Shown here in pieces: positions 48,762-58,396 of a stretch of 64,000 nucleotides of DNA (the stretch's first letter is position 1; the number at the start of each line of letters is the position of its first letter). The DNA comes from an uncultured delta proteobacterium (GTDB lineage Bacteria; Desulfobacterota; Syntrophobacteria; BM002). The stretch lies in NCBI GenBank assembly GCA_963712115.1, contig CAVQGX010000030.1, forward strand, positions 32,001 through 96,000, in the 5' to 3' direction. The position numbers and the translations under genes are program-made. The notes under the pieces were generated by a model that searched no databases, was not told the origin of the DNA, and worked only from the letters and a program-made list of their open reading frames with translations.

Positions 48762-49985
48762 ATGGCCCGCAAGTCCACCTATAACATTCTCATGTATTCC
48801 CACGATACTTATGGCTTGGGGCATATTCGTCGGACCTTAGCCATTGCCTCCCATTTGCGGACACCCAATGTTAACATCCTCATCATCACAGGATCACCTA
48901 TAGTTGGCCGATTCTCTTTTCCCCCCCAGATCGATTTCGTCCGCGTCCCAGGCATGATCAAAATGACCAATGAAGAGTACCTGCCCCTGTCCATTAAAAT
49001 CAATACCCAGCACGCCCTTAAAATACGCCAAACTATAATTACCAGTACCGCCAAGGCCTTTCAACCACGACTGTTTATTGTGGATAAAGCACCTTTGGGT
49101 CTCAAAAGGGAAATTATCCCCACTTTGCAGTGGATCAATCGTTGCCATGGACATACTAAGACCGTACTCGGACTCAGGGATATCATGGACGATGCTGCTA
49201 GCACAAAAAAGGACTGGGAAGAAAAGGGCGTCTATGATGTGCTGGATCGTTACTACTCAGAAATCTGGGTGTATGGCAATCAGGAGTTCTATGACCCAAT
49301 CCGTGAATACGATATCCCGAAAAACATCAGTCAAAAAATGATCTTTACTGGATACATACCTCGAGCGTTGCCCAAAGCGGGAGAGATAAATGAGGTGAGA
49401 AGGGAACAGCGTCTTGACCGTGGCCAGAAGCTTGTGGTGGTCACCACTGGAGGTGGTGGGGACGGCTATGACCATATGGACGCCTACCTCAGAATGCTTG
49501 AGGCATGGGGCGAGTCGCCTCCTTTTCGAACAGTCATGGTTACGGGACCCTTTATGCCCAAAAAGAGAAGGACGGAGATTTTCAACAGAGCAAGGCGGAT
49601 TCAGGTGCGCACTTACCGGTTTTACAGGCGCATGGAGAGATTAATAGGGGCTGCCGATGTTGTCGTGTGCATGGGCGGATACAATACAGTTTGTGAAATT
49701 TTGAGCCAGGGGAAGCCTTCGCTTATTATTCCCAGGGAGCAACCCCGTCGGGAGCAGTTAATTCGAGCTCAGATTTTGTACGAGCACAACCTGGCAGATT
49801 TCATTCCTTGGTATCAGGTGGACCCAAATCTTTTGCGACATAAGCTCCTTGCTATGATCGAGAAGCCGGAACCCTATCACCAAGCAATAAGTAATTTCCG
49901 CTTCACAGGTCTGGAAGTAATGAGCGAGCGATTGGCCGAGTTCCGCGGCGAGGTTTCCGGGGAGAAGAAGGTATTACATCTTTAA
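48762..49985 (+). CDS. Predicted glycosyltransferase (COG4671/GT28-C-like)
   Basis: YSHDTYGLGHIRR, LGLRDI.D, TTGGGGDG, MGGYNT..E, IPR....EQ..RA. Confidence 0.87.
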   Translation: MARKSTYNILMYSHDTYGLGHIRRTLAIASHLRTPNVNILIITGSPIVGRFSFPPQIDFVRVPGMIKMTNEEYLPLSIKINTQHALKIRQTIITSTAKAFQPRLFIVDKAPLGLKREIIPTLQWINRCHGHTKTVLGLRDIMDDAASTKKDWEEKGVYDVLDRYYSEIWVYGNQEFYDPIREYDIPKNISQKMIFTGYIPRALPKAGEINEVRREQRLDRGQKLVVVTTGGGGDGYDHMDAYLRMLEAWGESPPFRTVMVTGPFMPKKRRTEIFNRARRIQVRTYRFYRRMERLIGAADVVVCMGGYNTVCEILSQGKPSLIIPREQPRREQLIRAQILYEHNLADFIPWYQVDPNLLRHKLLAMIEKPEPYHQAISNFRFTGLEVMSERLAEFRGEVSGEKKVLHL

Positions 49986-50334
49986 CCAGGATGTTTCACG
50001 AATCGCTTACTGCGACCACGGATATGACCGCCCTTCCGTGCGTCCTCGGGCGTCGGCCCCTGCGACGTACCACTCAGGTACGCCTCGGCTTCGATCTTGG
50101 ATTTTGGATGTCGGATTTTTGACTACAATTGATGATATCGAGCTTAACAGTTCAGATTTCGGCATTTGTTCTCTGGTTCTCAAGAGCTTTTCAGTAAATT
50201 TTCAATCCGCGTTCCGCAATCCGCATTCCGCAATCGTCGACCCGGTGGCCCGCCCGCCTCGCCTTGCTCGCATGGCGGGCAGGCACGCCCATCTTCGTGG
50301 TCTCGTGACAGCAATTCATGAAACATCCTGGTTA
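49983..50334. mobile_element. MITE-like element copy 4 (long form with nested mini-palindrome)
   Basis: TAACCAGGATGTTTCA...TGAAACATCCTGGTTA; left end is the GT stop codon. Confidence 0.82.
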
Positions 50335-50378
50335 GCACTAGAATTTTAAAGAGTTATAGATAGCAAATTTGCAAATAG

Positions 50379-50402
50379 AGTCCGCCGCGGCGGACTTTTT
50401 TT
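50379..50402 (+). terminator. Palindrome with T tail
   Basis: AGTCCGCCGCGGCGGACT followed by T run. Confidence 0.55.
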
Positions 50403-50406
50403 GTTG

Positions 50407-50778
50407 CTAAGGAATCAACATTACACCTGATTCTCTCTGGACAGCAGCAGAGATAAGCCAACTGCTCTTGTCGGAGATATCGGTAAAGCTTATACCTATC
50501 TCATAATATGCGGGTTTATCACAAGCACTGCAGTGGATTACTCGAGCAGGAATATTTAGCGGACGGACTAGGGAGGGTACATGGATAGTGATATCAACTT
50601 TCTCTTCTGGCTCTAAAGGCTCCTGACAGAGGATGAGGGCTCCATCTACTGTAATGTTCAGTGTTTCACCTTTGATTTTCCCTTGATCGGTCTGGACGAT
50701 CACGGACCATCTGACTTTAGCTCTGGGACGTTGGCGCTTTTCGCTGTCGTATGACACGGTTATGCCTCTCTGGAACAA
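50407..50778 (-). CDS. PilZ-domain (c-di-GMP-binding) protein
   Basis: EKRQRPR (RxxxR) and NITVDG (NxSxxG-like). Confidence 0.82.
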   Translation of the reverse strand: MFQRGITVSYDSEKRQRPRAKVRWSVIVQTDQGKIKGETLNITVDGALILCQEPLEPEEKVDITIHVPSLVRPLNIPARVIHCSACDKPAYYEIGISFTDISDKSSWLISAAVQRESGVMLIP

Positions 50779-50971
50779 CCAAACTCGTCAATTGGCATCG
50801 GAGCAATGGAGCGGTCAAGTGAATTGGCACACCTTAACAGAAAGTTACAAACCATGTAAGTTAAAAGATATGATCCAGAGTCAAAAATCGATGGCTTTAT
50901 CGCTAAAGACGGCGAGCTGTTTTGGACTACTGTCATAATGGAGGAATAGAAATTCCAAATCACAATCACTA

Positions 50972-51056
50972 AGGTGTCAGGTTTCGGGTGTCAGGTGTCA
51001 GGAAAAAAACCACAAAGACTAAAAGCTGAAACCTGAACACTGAAACCTGAAACCCG
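50972..51056. repeat. Heptamer palindrome family B copy
   Basis: AGGTGTCAGGTTTCGGGTGTCAGGTGTCAGG...CTGAAACCTGAACACTGAAACCTGAAACCCG. Confidence 0.8.
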
Positions 51057-51284
51057 GAAATCTGGTGCTTGGAGTTTGAGATTTCATAGAATCCATCACT
51101 CCGGCTGAAGGAAAGCCTCTAAAATGTTCCTCTCTGGACTGGAGATTTACTGCGTGATAGTATCGAGGACTCTGGTTTCAATTATAGTGAAGAGAGAGTT
51201 CGTAAATCTCAAATCCCAAGCACGAAACAAGTCAGATGCCCGATGTGGGATATGAGATGTGAGATATGATAAAGGTCAAGGAAT

Positions 51285-52547
51285 TTGAGCAAAATCCAAA
51301 AGACAACTATCGGTTACATCCTCAAGGGTTATCCCCGTATTAGTGAAACCTTTATTTCAAATGAAATATATTTGCTGGAACAACTCGGTTTCTCACTTCA
51401 TCTTTTTTCCATGCGCGAGCCCCGCGAATCGTTCACTCACGAGAGTGTGAACCAAATTCGGGCAGCAGCGGACTATCTTCCTTCCACTCTTCTCAAGCCT
51501 TTGCCGCGCCTGCTCTACCACAATTTCAAACTGGCGAGACAGCGTCCCGAAGCTTATTCTGAAGCCTTACGGTTGATGATCACCCGCTTTCGGCGGACCA
51601 GGAAAATCGCCACCATTAAGCACTTACTCCAGGCAGGCTACCTCGTCCATGCTCTGCTTCCAGGTACAGGTGTTCGCCACCTGCACGCTCACTTTGCTCA
51701 TTCACCGACATCAGTGGCATTGTTTGCCCACAAACTATGCAATCTACCCTTCAGCTTCAGCGCCCATGCCAAGGATATCTATACTTCCGACCAACGTCAG
51801 CTCCAAGAGAAAATCGCTTTGGCTAAATTCGTCGTTACCTGCACTGAATACAACCGTCGTTTTCTGCAAGAATTGGCTTCAGATGGGCCCTCTATTCACC
51901 GAGTCTACCATGGCATCGATGCCGGACTTTTTTCAGGGCAATCTGAGTCTCGGAAACCTTCACCTCCATACCGGATCCTCAGCATTGCCCGTCTGGTTGA
52001 GAAGAAGGGTCTACCCACTGTTTTTCGTGCACTGCGGAATCTCCTCGACCATGGATATTCGCTACACTACACTCTAATCGGCGATGGCGAAGAGAGACGA
52101 TCAATCTTGAATCAACTACATAATCTGGGGCTCGAAACTATTTGTACTTGGCTGGGCACCCAGCCTCACCACAGGGTCATTGATGAGTACAGGAAAGCTG
52201 ACCTTTTCGTCTTGGGATGTGAAGTGGCAAGCAACGGCGACCGGGATGGTATTCCCAATGTTTTTCTGGAGAGCATGGCCATGGGAGTACCAGTTTTGGC
52301 CACCCGAGTCTCGGCTATCCCAGAACTTGTGGAGGATGGTCGAACTGGACTCCTAGTGGACCCTGGTGAACACGAGGAAATGGCGCAATGCATGGTTAAG
52401 TTGCTAGGTGATGAGGAACTGCGGCACAGGATAATTGCCGCAGCGCGCCGGCGTGTCAGGAAAGAATTCAATAACCGAGAGCTCATTCAACAGTTAGCGG
52501 CGGTATTTGAAGAGGCTGGACTAAAGAGGACAAGCAAGGGAGATTAA
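51285..52547 (+). CDS. Glycosyltransferase family 4 (WcaL-like)
   Basis: YPRISETFI.NEI, HAHFAH, HAKDIY, RLVEKKG, DGIPNV..E.MA.G.PV. Confidence 0.9.
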   Translation: MSKIQKTTIGYILKGYPRISETFISNEIYLLEQLGFSLHLFSMREPRESFTHESVNQIRAAADYLPSTLLKPLPRLLYHNFKLARQRPEAYSEALRLMITRFRRTRKIATIKHLLQAGYLVHALLPGTGVRHLHAHFAHSPTSVALFAHKLCNLPFSFSAHAKDIYTSDQRQLQEKIALAKFVVTCTEYNRRFLQELASDGPSIHRVYHGIDAGLFSGQSESRKPSPPYRILSIARLVEKKGLPTVFRALRNLLDHGYSLHYTLIGDGEERRSILNQLHNLGLETICTWLGTQPHHRVIDEYRKADLFVLGCEVASNGDRDGIPNVFLESMAMGVPVLATRVSAIPELVEDGRTGLLVDPGEHEEMAQCMVKLLGDEELRHRIIAAARRRVRKEFNNRELIQQLAAVFEEAGLKRTSKGD

Positions 52548-52571
52548 TCCGTTTTTCATCGGAGGTAAGCG

Positions 52572-53786
52572 TTGGATCCCGAACCATCCGGTGTTCTTCA
52601 GGGCAGGACGCATGCTCGTATGCGCATTGCTTTTTATGCCCCTTTAAAACCGTTGGACCACCCCCGTCCCTCCGGGGACCTGGTAATAGGTACCGGTCTT
52701 TATCATTTTCTGCAAGGTCGTGGACATGGGTTAGGAAAAATCAGCCGGCTCCGCGCTCGCTGGATTTACTGGAAACCTTGGCTTTGGCCCCAGGTTGTTC
52801 GACATCGAAATCGGTCCTTTTACCATTGCCGCAAAATGGCAGCTGATCTTTGGCTGACCTATCACAGCTATTACAAAGCACCGGACCTACTTGGTCCACA
52901 CTGTTGCCGCCGTCTCGGCATACCCTATGTGATCTTTCAAGGCATCTACTCAACTAAGCGGCGAAAGCACTGGACTACTTGGGGTGGGTTTGTCTTGAAT
53001 CGGCAAGCACTTTTGGCTGCGCACCACGTTTTTACCAACAGGAAAGAAGATTTGGTCAACCTGGCAAGAATAGTGCCCGAAAAAAGTCTTACCTATGTGG
53101 CGCCTGGTATCTTTCCCGAACAGTTCTGTTTTGATTCGTCGTCTCGTAAGCAACTGCGGCGGCATATGGACATTTCTGAAGGGATAGTAGTGGTTACCGC
53201 TGCCATGTTCCGACCAGGGATCAAGACCGAGGGACTCTCTTGGGTAATTCGCTCATGTGGCGAGCTTTATAGAGAGAATGTTCCTTTGTATTTGCTCATA
53301 GCTGGCGATGGTAAAGAAGGCCCCCGTCTTCGCCAGATGGCCGATCACTGGCTCCCAGGGCGAGTTCGATTTCTTGGCAAGGTGGCACGAGAGGAGATGT
53401 ATCGTTTTTACAGCGCCGGAGATTTATTTGTCTTTCCCGGTATTCGTGAGTCCTTGGGTATGGTTTATTTAGAGGCTCAGTCCTGCGGTCTACCGGTAGT
53501 GGCCTTTGCTGACGGGGGTGTACCGGAGGTGGTTGAAGATGAAGTGAGCGGATTTCTGGTGCGGCCCTTCGATCTAAGGGGATTCAATCAAGCTATTGCT
53601 CGGCTAATGAATGATTCCGGCATGAGAAGACAAATGGGAAAGGCTGCGAGCAGTTACGTTCGGAGTCGGCACGATCTGAATAAAAATTATCGAATCGTGG
53701 AGGATATTTTGCTGGGGCTTGTTCAGGACCAGAGATCAGAGGTCGGAGGTCAGAGGTCAGAGGTCAGGGTTAAAGCTGATCTCTGA
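52572..53786 (+). CDS. Glycosyltransferase family 4
   Basis: RIAFYAPLKP.DHP.PSGD, YHSYYKAPD, ESLGMVYLEAQ..GLPV. Confidence 0.9.
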   Translation: MDPEPSGVLQGRTHARMRIAFYAPLKPLDHPRPSGDLVIGTGLYHFLQGRGHGLGKISRLRARWIYWKPWLWPQVVRHRNRSFYHCRKMAADLWLTYHSYYKAPDLLGPHCCRRLGIPYVIFQGIYSTKRRKHWTTWGGFVLNRQALLAAHHVFTNRKEDLVNLARIVPEKSLTYVAPGIFPEQFCFDSSSRKQLRRHMDISEGIVVVTAAMFRPGIKTEGLSWVIRSCGELYRENVPLYLLIAGDGKEGPRLRQMADHWLPGRVRFLGKVAREEMYRFYSAGDLFVFPGIRESLGMVYLEAQSCGLPVVAFADGGVPEVVEDEVSGFLVRPFDLRGFNQAIARLMNDSGMRRQMGKAASSYVRSRHDLNKNYRIVEDILLGLVQDQRSEVGGQRSEVRVKADL

Positions 53787-53806
53787 CATCCGACCTCTGA
53801 CCTCTG
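53730..53806. repeat. Heptamer palindrome family A copy overlapping the GT4 3' end
   Basis: CAGAGATCAGAGGTCGGAGGTCAGAGGTCAGAGGTCAG..CTGATCTCTGACATCCGACCTCTGACCTCTG. Confidence 0.85.
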
Positions 53807-53862
53807 GGATGGACGACTTGAACTCATTGACCAATTGACGAACTGACTTTTAGCAAGGAAGA

Positions 53863-54465
53863 GTGAGCCAAATGGTTACCCGTTTCGCCCTGCTGCGGCA
53901 TGCTGAGACCGAATGGAACCGAGAGAAACGCATCCAGGGTCAACAGGATGCACCTCTAACATCCCACGGGCGACAGCAGGCACAGCGGTGGGGGCTAGCT
54001 CTTGCACGCTATGAATTGGATCATATGATTACCAGCGACCTGGGGAGAGCGAGCCTTACAGGCACATTGATAAACCTAAATCTGGATCTGCCTCGCTCCG
54101 AGGAACCCAGGCTAAGAGAGCAGGACTGGGGTCGCTGGGCAGGCCTTAATTTTTCTGATCTTCTCAAGGTGAAAGAACTCAGAGCACAGGAAAAAATGGG
54201 ATGGCATTTCCGGCCACTTGAGGGTGAGAGTCGTCTGGAGGTTCTTGAGCGAAGCCGTCAGGCACTGATGGATGCTGCTAGCAGATTGAAAGGTAAACGG
54301 GTGCTGGTAGTCACCCATGGAGGAGTAATTAAATGTCTCCTTTATCGGCTTTTTCGCAGAGATTTCTTGCCAGAGGAACCTCCATTGCTGGAACCATATC
54401 GCTTGCATTGGCTGAGTTACGATGGCCGGGGTTTTCAAATTGATCGGTTGAATGAAGAAATTTAG
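53863..54465 (+). CDS. Histidine phosphatase family protein
   Basis: LLRHAETEWN, SDLGRA, EQDWG.W.G, GES, VTHGG. Confidence 0.9.
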   Translation: MSQMVTRFALLRHAETEWNREKRIQGQQDAPLTSHGRQQAQRWGLALARYELDHMITSDLGRASLTGTLINLNLDLPRSEEPRLREQDWGRWAGLNFSDLLKVKELRAQEKMGWHFRPLEGESRLEVLERSRQALMDAASRLKGKRVLVVTHGGVIKCLLYRLFRRDFLPEEPPLLEPYRLHWLSYDGRGFQIDRLNEEI

Positions 54466-54499
54466 AATAGTACGCCAAGCTCCAAATCCCAGTATTCTT

Positions 54500-54616
54500 G
54501 GTGTCAGGTATCATTTAGCTACCAGGTCTCGGGTGTCAGGGCTGTGGGTTTCAGGTTTCGGGTGTCAGGAAAAAGAAAAATAGAGGGTAAAACCTGACAC
54601 CTGAACACTGAAACCT
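54500..54616. repeat. Heptamer palindrome family B copy
   Basis: GGGTTTCAGGTTTCGGGTGTCAGG...CCTGACACCTGAACACTGAAACC. Confidence 0.78.
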
Positions 54617-54729
54617 TAATAATTGTGATTTGTCTGAAATTTTCACTTACCCTCGTGCTGTAATGCTCTAGGAAACTTCAACCATGGTACATGGGTTGTT
54701 TACACATAAGAGGTTTTAGCGGGAAGCGG

Positions 54730-55905
54730 ATGAGAATCATCCAATATTGCCAACATGTCTTGGGTATTGGCCACTATTTTCGCAGCTTAGAGATTGCTCG
54801 GGCTCTCCACCGTCATGAGATTGCGCTGGTGACCGGTGGTCCCCCATTGGAGGTCAATTTGCCAAGCCATGTCACCGAATACAGGCTGCCGGGATTGCAG
54901 ATGGATGGAGCTTTCACTGTTGTATCCCCAACCGATGCAAACCGCTCCTTGGATGAGGTGAAGGAGGAGAGAAAGACACTCCTCTATTCACTTTTCGAAA
55001 AAACCGCACCTGACCTTTTTCTGATTGAGCTCTACCCCTTCGGACGAAAAAGTTTCGGCTTTGAGATACTGCCCCTATTAGAGGCTATTCACCGGGGTGA
55101 CTTCTCCTCAACCAAAGTAGTCTGCAGCCTGCGTGACATTTTGGTGGAAAAGAAAAGTCAGAAAACTTACGAGCAAAGGGTATTGGATGTCCTTAATAAA
55201 TATTTTGATGGACTATTAGTGCATGCCGATGAAACCCTGGTATCTCTAGGCGAGACCTTCGAAAGCACAGACAGAATCAAAATTCCTGTAGTCTACACAG
55301 GCTTCGTCACTCCTCGGCCAAACGCTGATCGAGGGAGAAAAATCAGAAAACGCTTGGGCCTTAAAAGGGATGAAGCCTTAGTTGTAGCCAGCGCCGGGGG
55401 AGGAAGAGTAGGGGATAGTCTTCTCAGGGCAGTGGTTGAGGCCTATGCTCGGTTGACTGGCGAAAGACGATTACGCCTCTGCGTTTTCACCGGTCCCTTT
55501 ATGGCAGAGGCGGATTTCTCGGCCCTCTCAGACCGGGTAGCCTCATTGCCTGGCGTACAGTTGGAGCGATTCACTGCCGATTTCCTTTCCTATCTGGCTG
55601 CGGCAGATCTTTCTATTAGTATGGCGGGCTACAACACTTGCATGAATATTTTGGCAGCGGAGGTTCCTTCACTGGTCTTTCCATTTGCTCAGAATAGGGA
55701 GCAGCGAATTAGGGCGGAAAAGCTCGCAGCCCTAGGGGGTTTGAGTCTACTAAAGGAGGAGGATCTGGAACCGTCACGTTTGGCGAGCCTCATGGCTGAA
55801 GTCCTCAATTCAGGAATAAAGGTTGTCAGGGTAGCAGTCAATCTGGATGGAGCCCGAGAGACAGCACGGTGGCTTGAGCATTGGCATGAAAGCACATCCC
55901 CATGA
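54730..55905 (+). CDS. Predicted glycosyltransferase (COG4671-like), second paralog
   Basis: QHVLGIGH..R, E.YPFGR, SLRDILV, SAGGG.VG, SMAGYNT, EQ..RA. Confidence 0.87.
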   Translation: MRIIQYCQHVLGIGHYFRSLEIARALHRHEIALVTGGPPLEVNLPSHVTEYRLPGLQMDGAFTVVSPTDANRSLDEVKEERKTLLYSLFEKTAPDLFLIELYPFGRKSFGFEILPLLEAIHRGDFSSTKVVCSLRDILVEKKSQKTYEQRVLDVLNKYFDGLLVHADETLVSLGETFESTDRIKIPVVYTGFVTPRPNADRGRKIRKRLGLKRDEALVVASAGGGRVGDSLLRAVVEAYARLTGERRLRLCVFTGPFMAEADFSALSDRVASLPGVQLERFTADFLSYLAAADLSISMAGYNTCMNILAAEVPSLVFPFAQNREQRIRAEKLAALGGLSLLKEEDLEPSRLASLMAEVLNSGIKVVRVAVNLDGARETARWLEHWHESTSP

Positions 55906-56711
55906 GTTGGAACAAAAATTCTCTCCCCCTATACCGTCGGGTACCTTTTGACATCGAGCATCTTTTGCACAGGTGCCTGGAGGAAGCTGCAGCTAAACTT
56001 CAAAAAGGCACCAGAGTTAGCGTTTTTTTTAGGGCGGATGACATTGGTGTGCCTGGAGAAGGCTTTGCTAAGCTGGTTGATCTTTTTCGCCGTAAGCGGG
56101 TTCCTTTAACTCTCGCTGTAGTCCCGGCTTGGCTTACCAGACCTCGCTGGCAACAGCTGCAAGACCTTTGTGGTAAAGACCGGCGGTTGTGGTGTTGGAC
56201 CCAGCATGGCTGGCGCCATGTCAATCACGAGCCCCGGGGAAAGAAGCTGGAGTTCGGCCCTAGCAGACCAGCTTCCCGAAAGCGGGAAGACCTTTGGTTA
56301 GGTTTTCAGCGGTTGAGCGAACTTATGGGTGAGGTATTCGTTCCCGCCTTTACTCCACCCTGGAACAGGTGCGACGAAGAAACTCTCAATGCTCTACAGG
56401 GGTTGGGTTACCAGGCCCTATCCAGGAGCTTGGGTGCGCAACCACCTGCTCCAGTCACAGTTACTGAGTATCCTGTAAGCGTAGACCTCCACACCAGAAA
56501 AGAACAAGATGCTGGCGATGGCTGGCAGAACCTTTGTGGAGAACTTAGAGAGAATTTGGCTAATGGCTTCTGCGGAGTTATGGTTCACCATCAAAGGATG
56601 AATCAGGAGGCTTTTGTTTTTTTGGATCTACTTTTGGATAAGCTCAAGCGATGGCACTATGGGCGACTTGTCCATCTGGGTACCCTGATGGACGAAGATT
56701 ATAAACCGTAG
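55902..56711 (+). CDS. Polysaccharide deacetylase (CE4/NodB-like)
   Basis: FFRADD, QHGW.H, F.PPWNR, GVM.HH. Confidence 0.85.
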   Translation: MSWNKNSLPLYRRVPFDIEHLLHRCLEEAAAKLQKGTRVSVFFRADDIGVPGEGFAKLVDLFRRKRVPLTLAVVPAWLTRPRWQQLQDLCGKDRRLWCWTQHGWRHVNHEPRGKKLEFGPSRPASRKREDLWLGFQRLSELMGEVFVPAFTPPWNRCDEETLNALQGLGYQALSRSLGAQPPAPVTVTEYPVSVDLHTRKEQDAGDGWQNLCGELRENLANGFCGVMVHHQRMNQEAFVFLDLLLDKLKRWHYGRLVHLGTLMDEDYKP

Positions 56712-56798
56712 GAGGTAGGGAGTTGATTCGCTGTTTCCCCCGTATCCCATTTATGTTATTTTGATCATCTTTGACCTATTAATATTTAGAGCAGCGAA

Positions 56799-57488
56799 GT
56801 GGTCATGTTAAATAAAGCCACAGGTAAGAAAACAGAGATCTCCAGGCAGGTGGTCCTTCCTTTTAAGAAATCTCTAGAAATCAGTTTTAAAAGCATCCGG
56901 GTTAGATTTTTTCGCTCTATGATTACCACCATGAGTCTGGTACTGGCTGTTTCATTTCTGAGTTTTGTGCGGGTTGGTACGGATGCAGCCAATGGCCTAC
57001 TGGCGACTGGAGATCCAGAACTGCATCAGAGTTTGTTAAATGCCGGTTATGACTTGGAACCGGGGGTCACTTCCACAGGAAGCAGTGCCAAGGAACGTTG
57101 GATCGTTATTCTCTCACTGCTCGTTTGTGTGGTGGGTATCGTTAATGCCCAGCTCATGGCAGTGACTGAACGTTTTCGTGAAATTGGCACTATCAAGTGC
57201 TTGGGGGCATTGGACAGTTTTGTCTTGCGCCTTTTTGTTTTAGAAGCAGGGATGCAAGGATTGGCAGGTGCCGGTCTCGGCTCTCTCTTGGGAGCTGTGG
57301 CTGCTTTGCTCAGTGGCCTTATTCGTTTCGGATTTGTGGCCTGGCAGAATATCTCCTGGTTGGCGGTGTTGTTGTCCATTGCCTTTGCTACAGCCATAGG
57401 CTGTCTTCTGAGCCTGCTGGGTGTCATGTATCCAGCCATGGTCGCCGCCCGGATGCAACCAGTAGAAGCCATGAGGGTTGAGCAATGA
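56799..57488 (+). CDS. Short FtsX-like ABC permease
   Basis: 4 TM; V.ER.REIGT.KCLGA; YPA..AARM.PVEAMR. Confidence 0.85.
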   Translation: MVMLNKATGKKTEISRQVVLPFKKSLEISFKSIRVRFFRSMITTMSLVLAVSFLSFVRVGTDAANGLLATGDPELHQSLLNAGYDLEPGVTSTGSSAKERWIVILSLLVCVVGIVNAQLMAVTERFREIGTIKCLGALDSFVLRLFVLEAGMQGLAGAGLGSLLGAVAALLSGLIRFGFVAWQNISWLAVLLSIAFATAIGCLLSLLGVMYPAMVAARMQPVEAMRVEQ

Positions 57489-57524
57489 GGCTATGGCAAA
57501 TGAGCTAAAATGAAGCAAAGCATT

Positions 57525-57566
57525 TAAAATGCCTAAAGTGTCTAAAATGCCTAAAGTGTCTAAAAT
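57525..57566. repeat. 18-bp tandem duplication
   Basis: TAAAATGCCTAAAGTGTC x2 plus TAAAAT. Confidence 0.7.
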
Positions 57567-57611
57567 AGTCATGTCAACAAATTTGATGCTTACTGTAGCG
57601 ACCGAATAGAT

Positions 57612-58349
57612 ATGACAGAAATGCACAACATAGTTCGAGTTTCTGCTGTTACCAAAGTCTTCAAGCTCAAGAAGCACAGAGTGGAAGCCCTCCGTGGTGT
57701 TGATCTGGAAATCCGTTCCGGTGAGTACCTCTCAATCATGGGGCCGTCGGGATCAGGCAAAAGCACACTTTTCAACATGATCGGAGGCTTGGACAAGCCC
57801 ACTTCCGGTAAGGTTTTTATCGATGAAGTGGATATCGCCCAACTGGATGCCTACGAGTTGGCCTGGCTGCGCTGTCGAAAAATTGGCTACATTTTCCAAA
57901 CATTCAACCTGATCCAGGTTATGACTGCCCTGGAGAACGTAACTCTGCCAATGATCTTTGGCGGAATGCATAATGATGCTGCGGTACAAAAAGGTTTAGA
58001 TTTACTGGGCCTGGTGGGTCTGGGAGATAGATTCAACCACAAACCCTCCGAGCTATCTGGAGGTCAACAGCAGCGTGTGGCGATTGCCCGGGCAATGGCA
58101 AACGACCCAGCCATTATCCTGGCGGATGAGCCTACGGGAAATCTGGATCTGACTACAGGCGAAGAAATCATTGAATTGCTGAAACGGTTGAGTGAAGAGA
58201 AAGGTGTCACCATCATTTCGGCCACCCATGACTTCAAAATGCTTAGCGTCTCTGATCGTGTCGTCTGGATTCGAGATGGCCGAATAGATAAGGTCGAGGA
58301 GCGAGAACAACTGTCCATCTCGGTGGGTGAAATAGCCCACCGCCCCTAA
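57612..58349 (+). CDS. ABC ATP-binding protein (LolD/MacB-like)
   Basis: GPSGSGKS, LSGGQQQRVAIARA, ILADEPTGNLD, ATHD. Confidence 0.93.
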   Translation: MTEMHNIVRVSAVTKVFKLKKHRVEALRGVDLEIRSGEYLSIMGPSGSGKSTLFNMIGGLDKPTSGKVFIDEVDIAQLDAYELAWLRCRKIGYIFQTFNLIQVMTALENVTLPMIFGGMHNDAAVQKGLDLLGLVGLGDRFNHKPSELSGGQQQRVAIARAMANDPAIILADEPTGNLDLTTGEEIIELLKRLSEEKGVTIISATHDFKMLSVSDRVVWIRDGRIDKVEEREQLSISVGEIAHRP

Positions 58350-58396
58350 CCCAACATCCCTAAACGGGAGCAATCCCGGATAGCAATAACCGTGAC

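Noticed and set aside
20043-50349. Mutually similar small ORFs (20109, 24442, 24479, 39818, 39846 N-part, 50038)
   Set aside because: They are translations of the MITE-like element, not a protein family.
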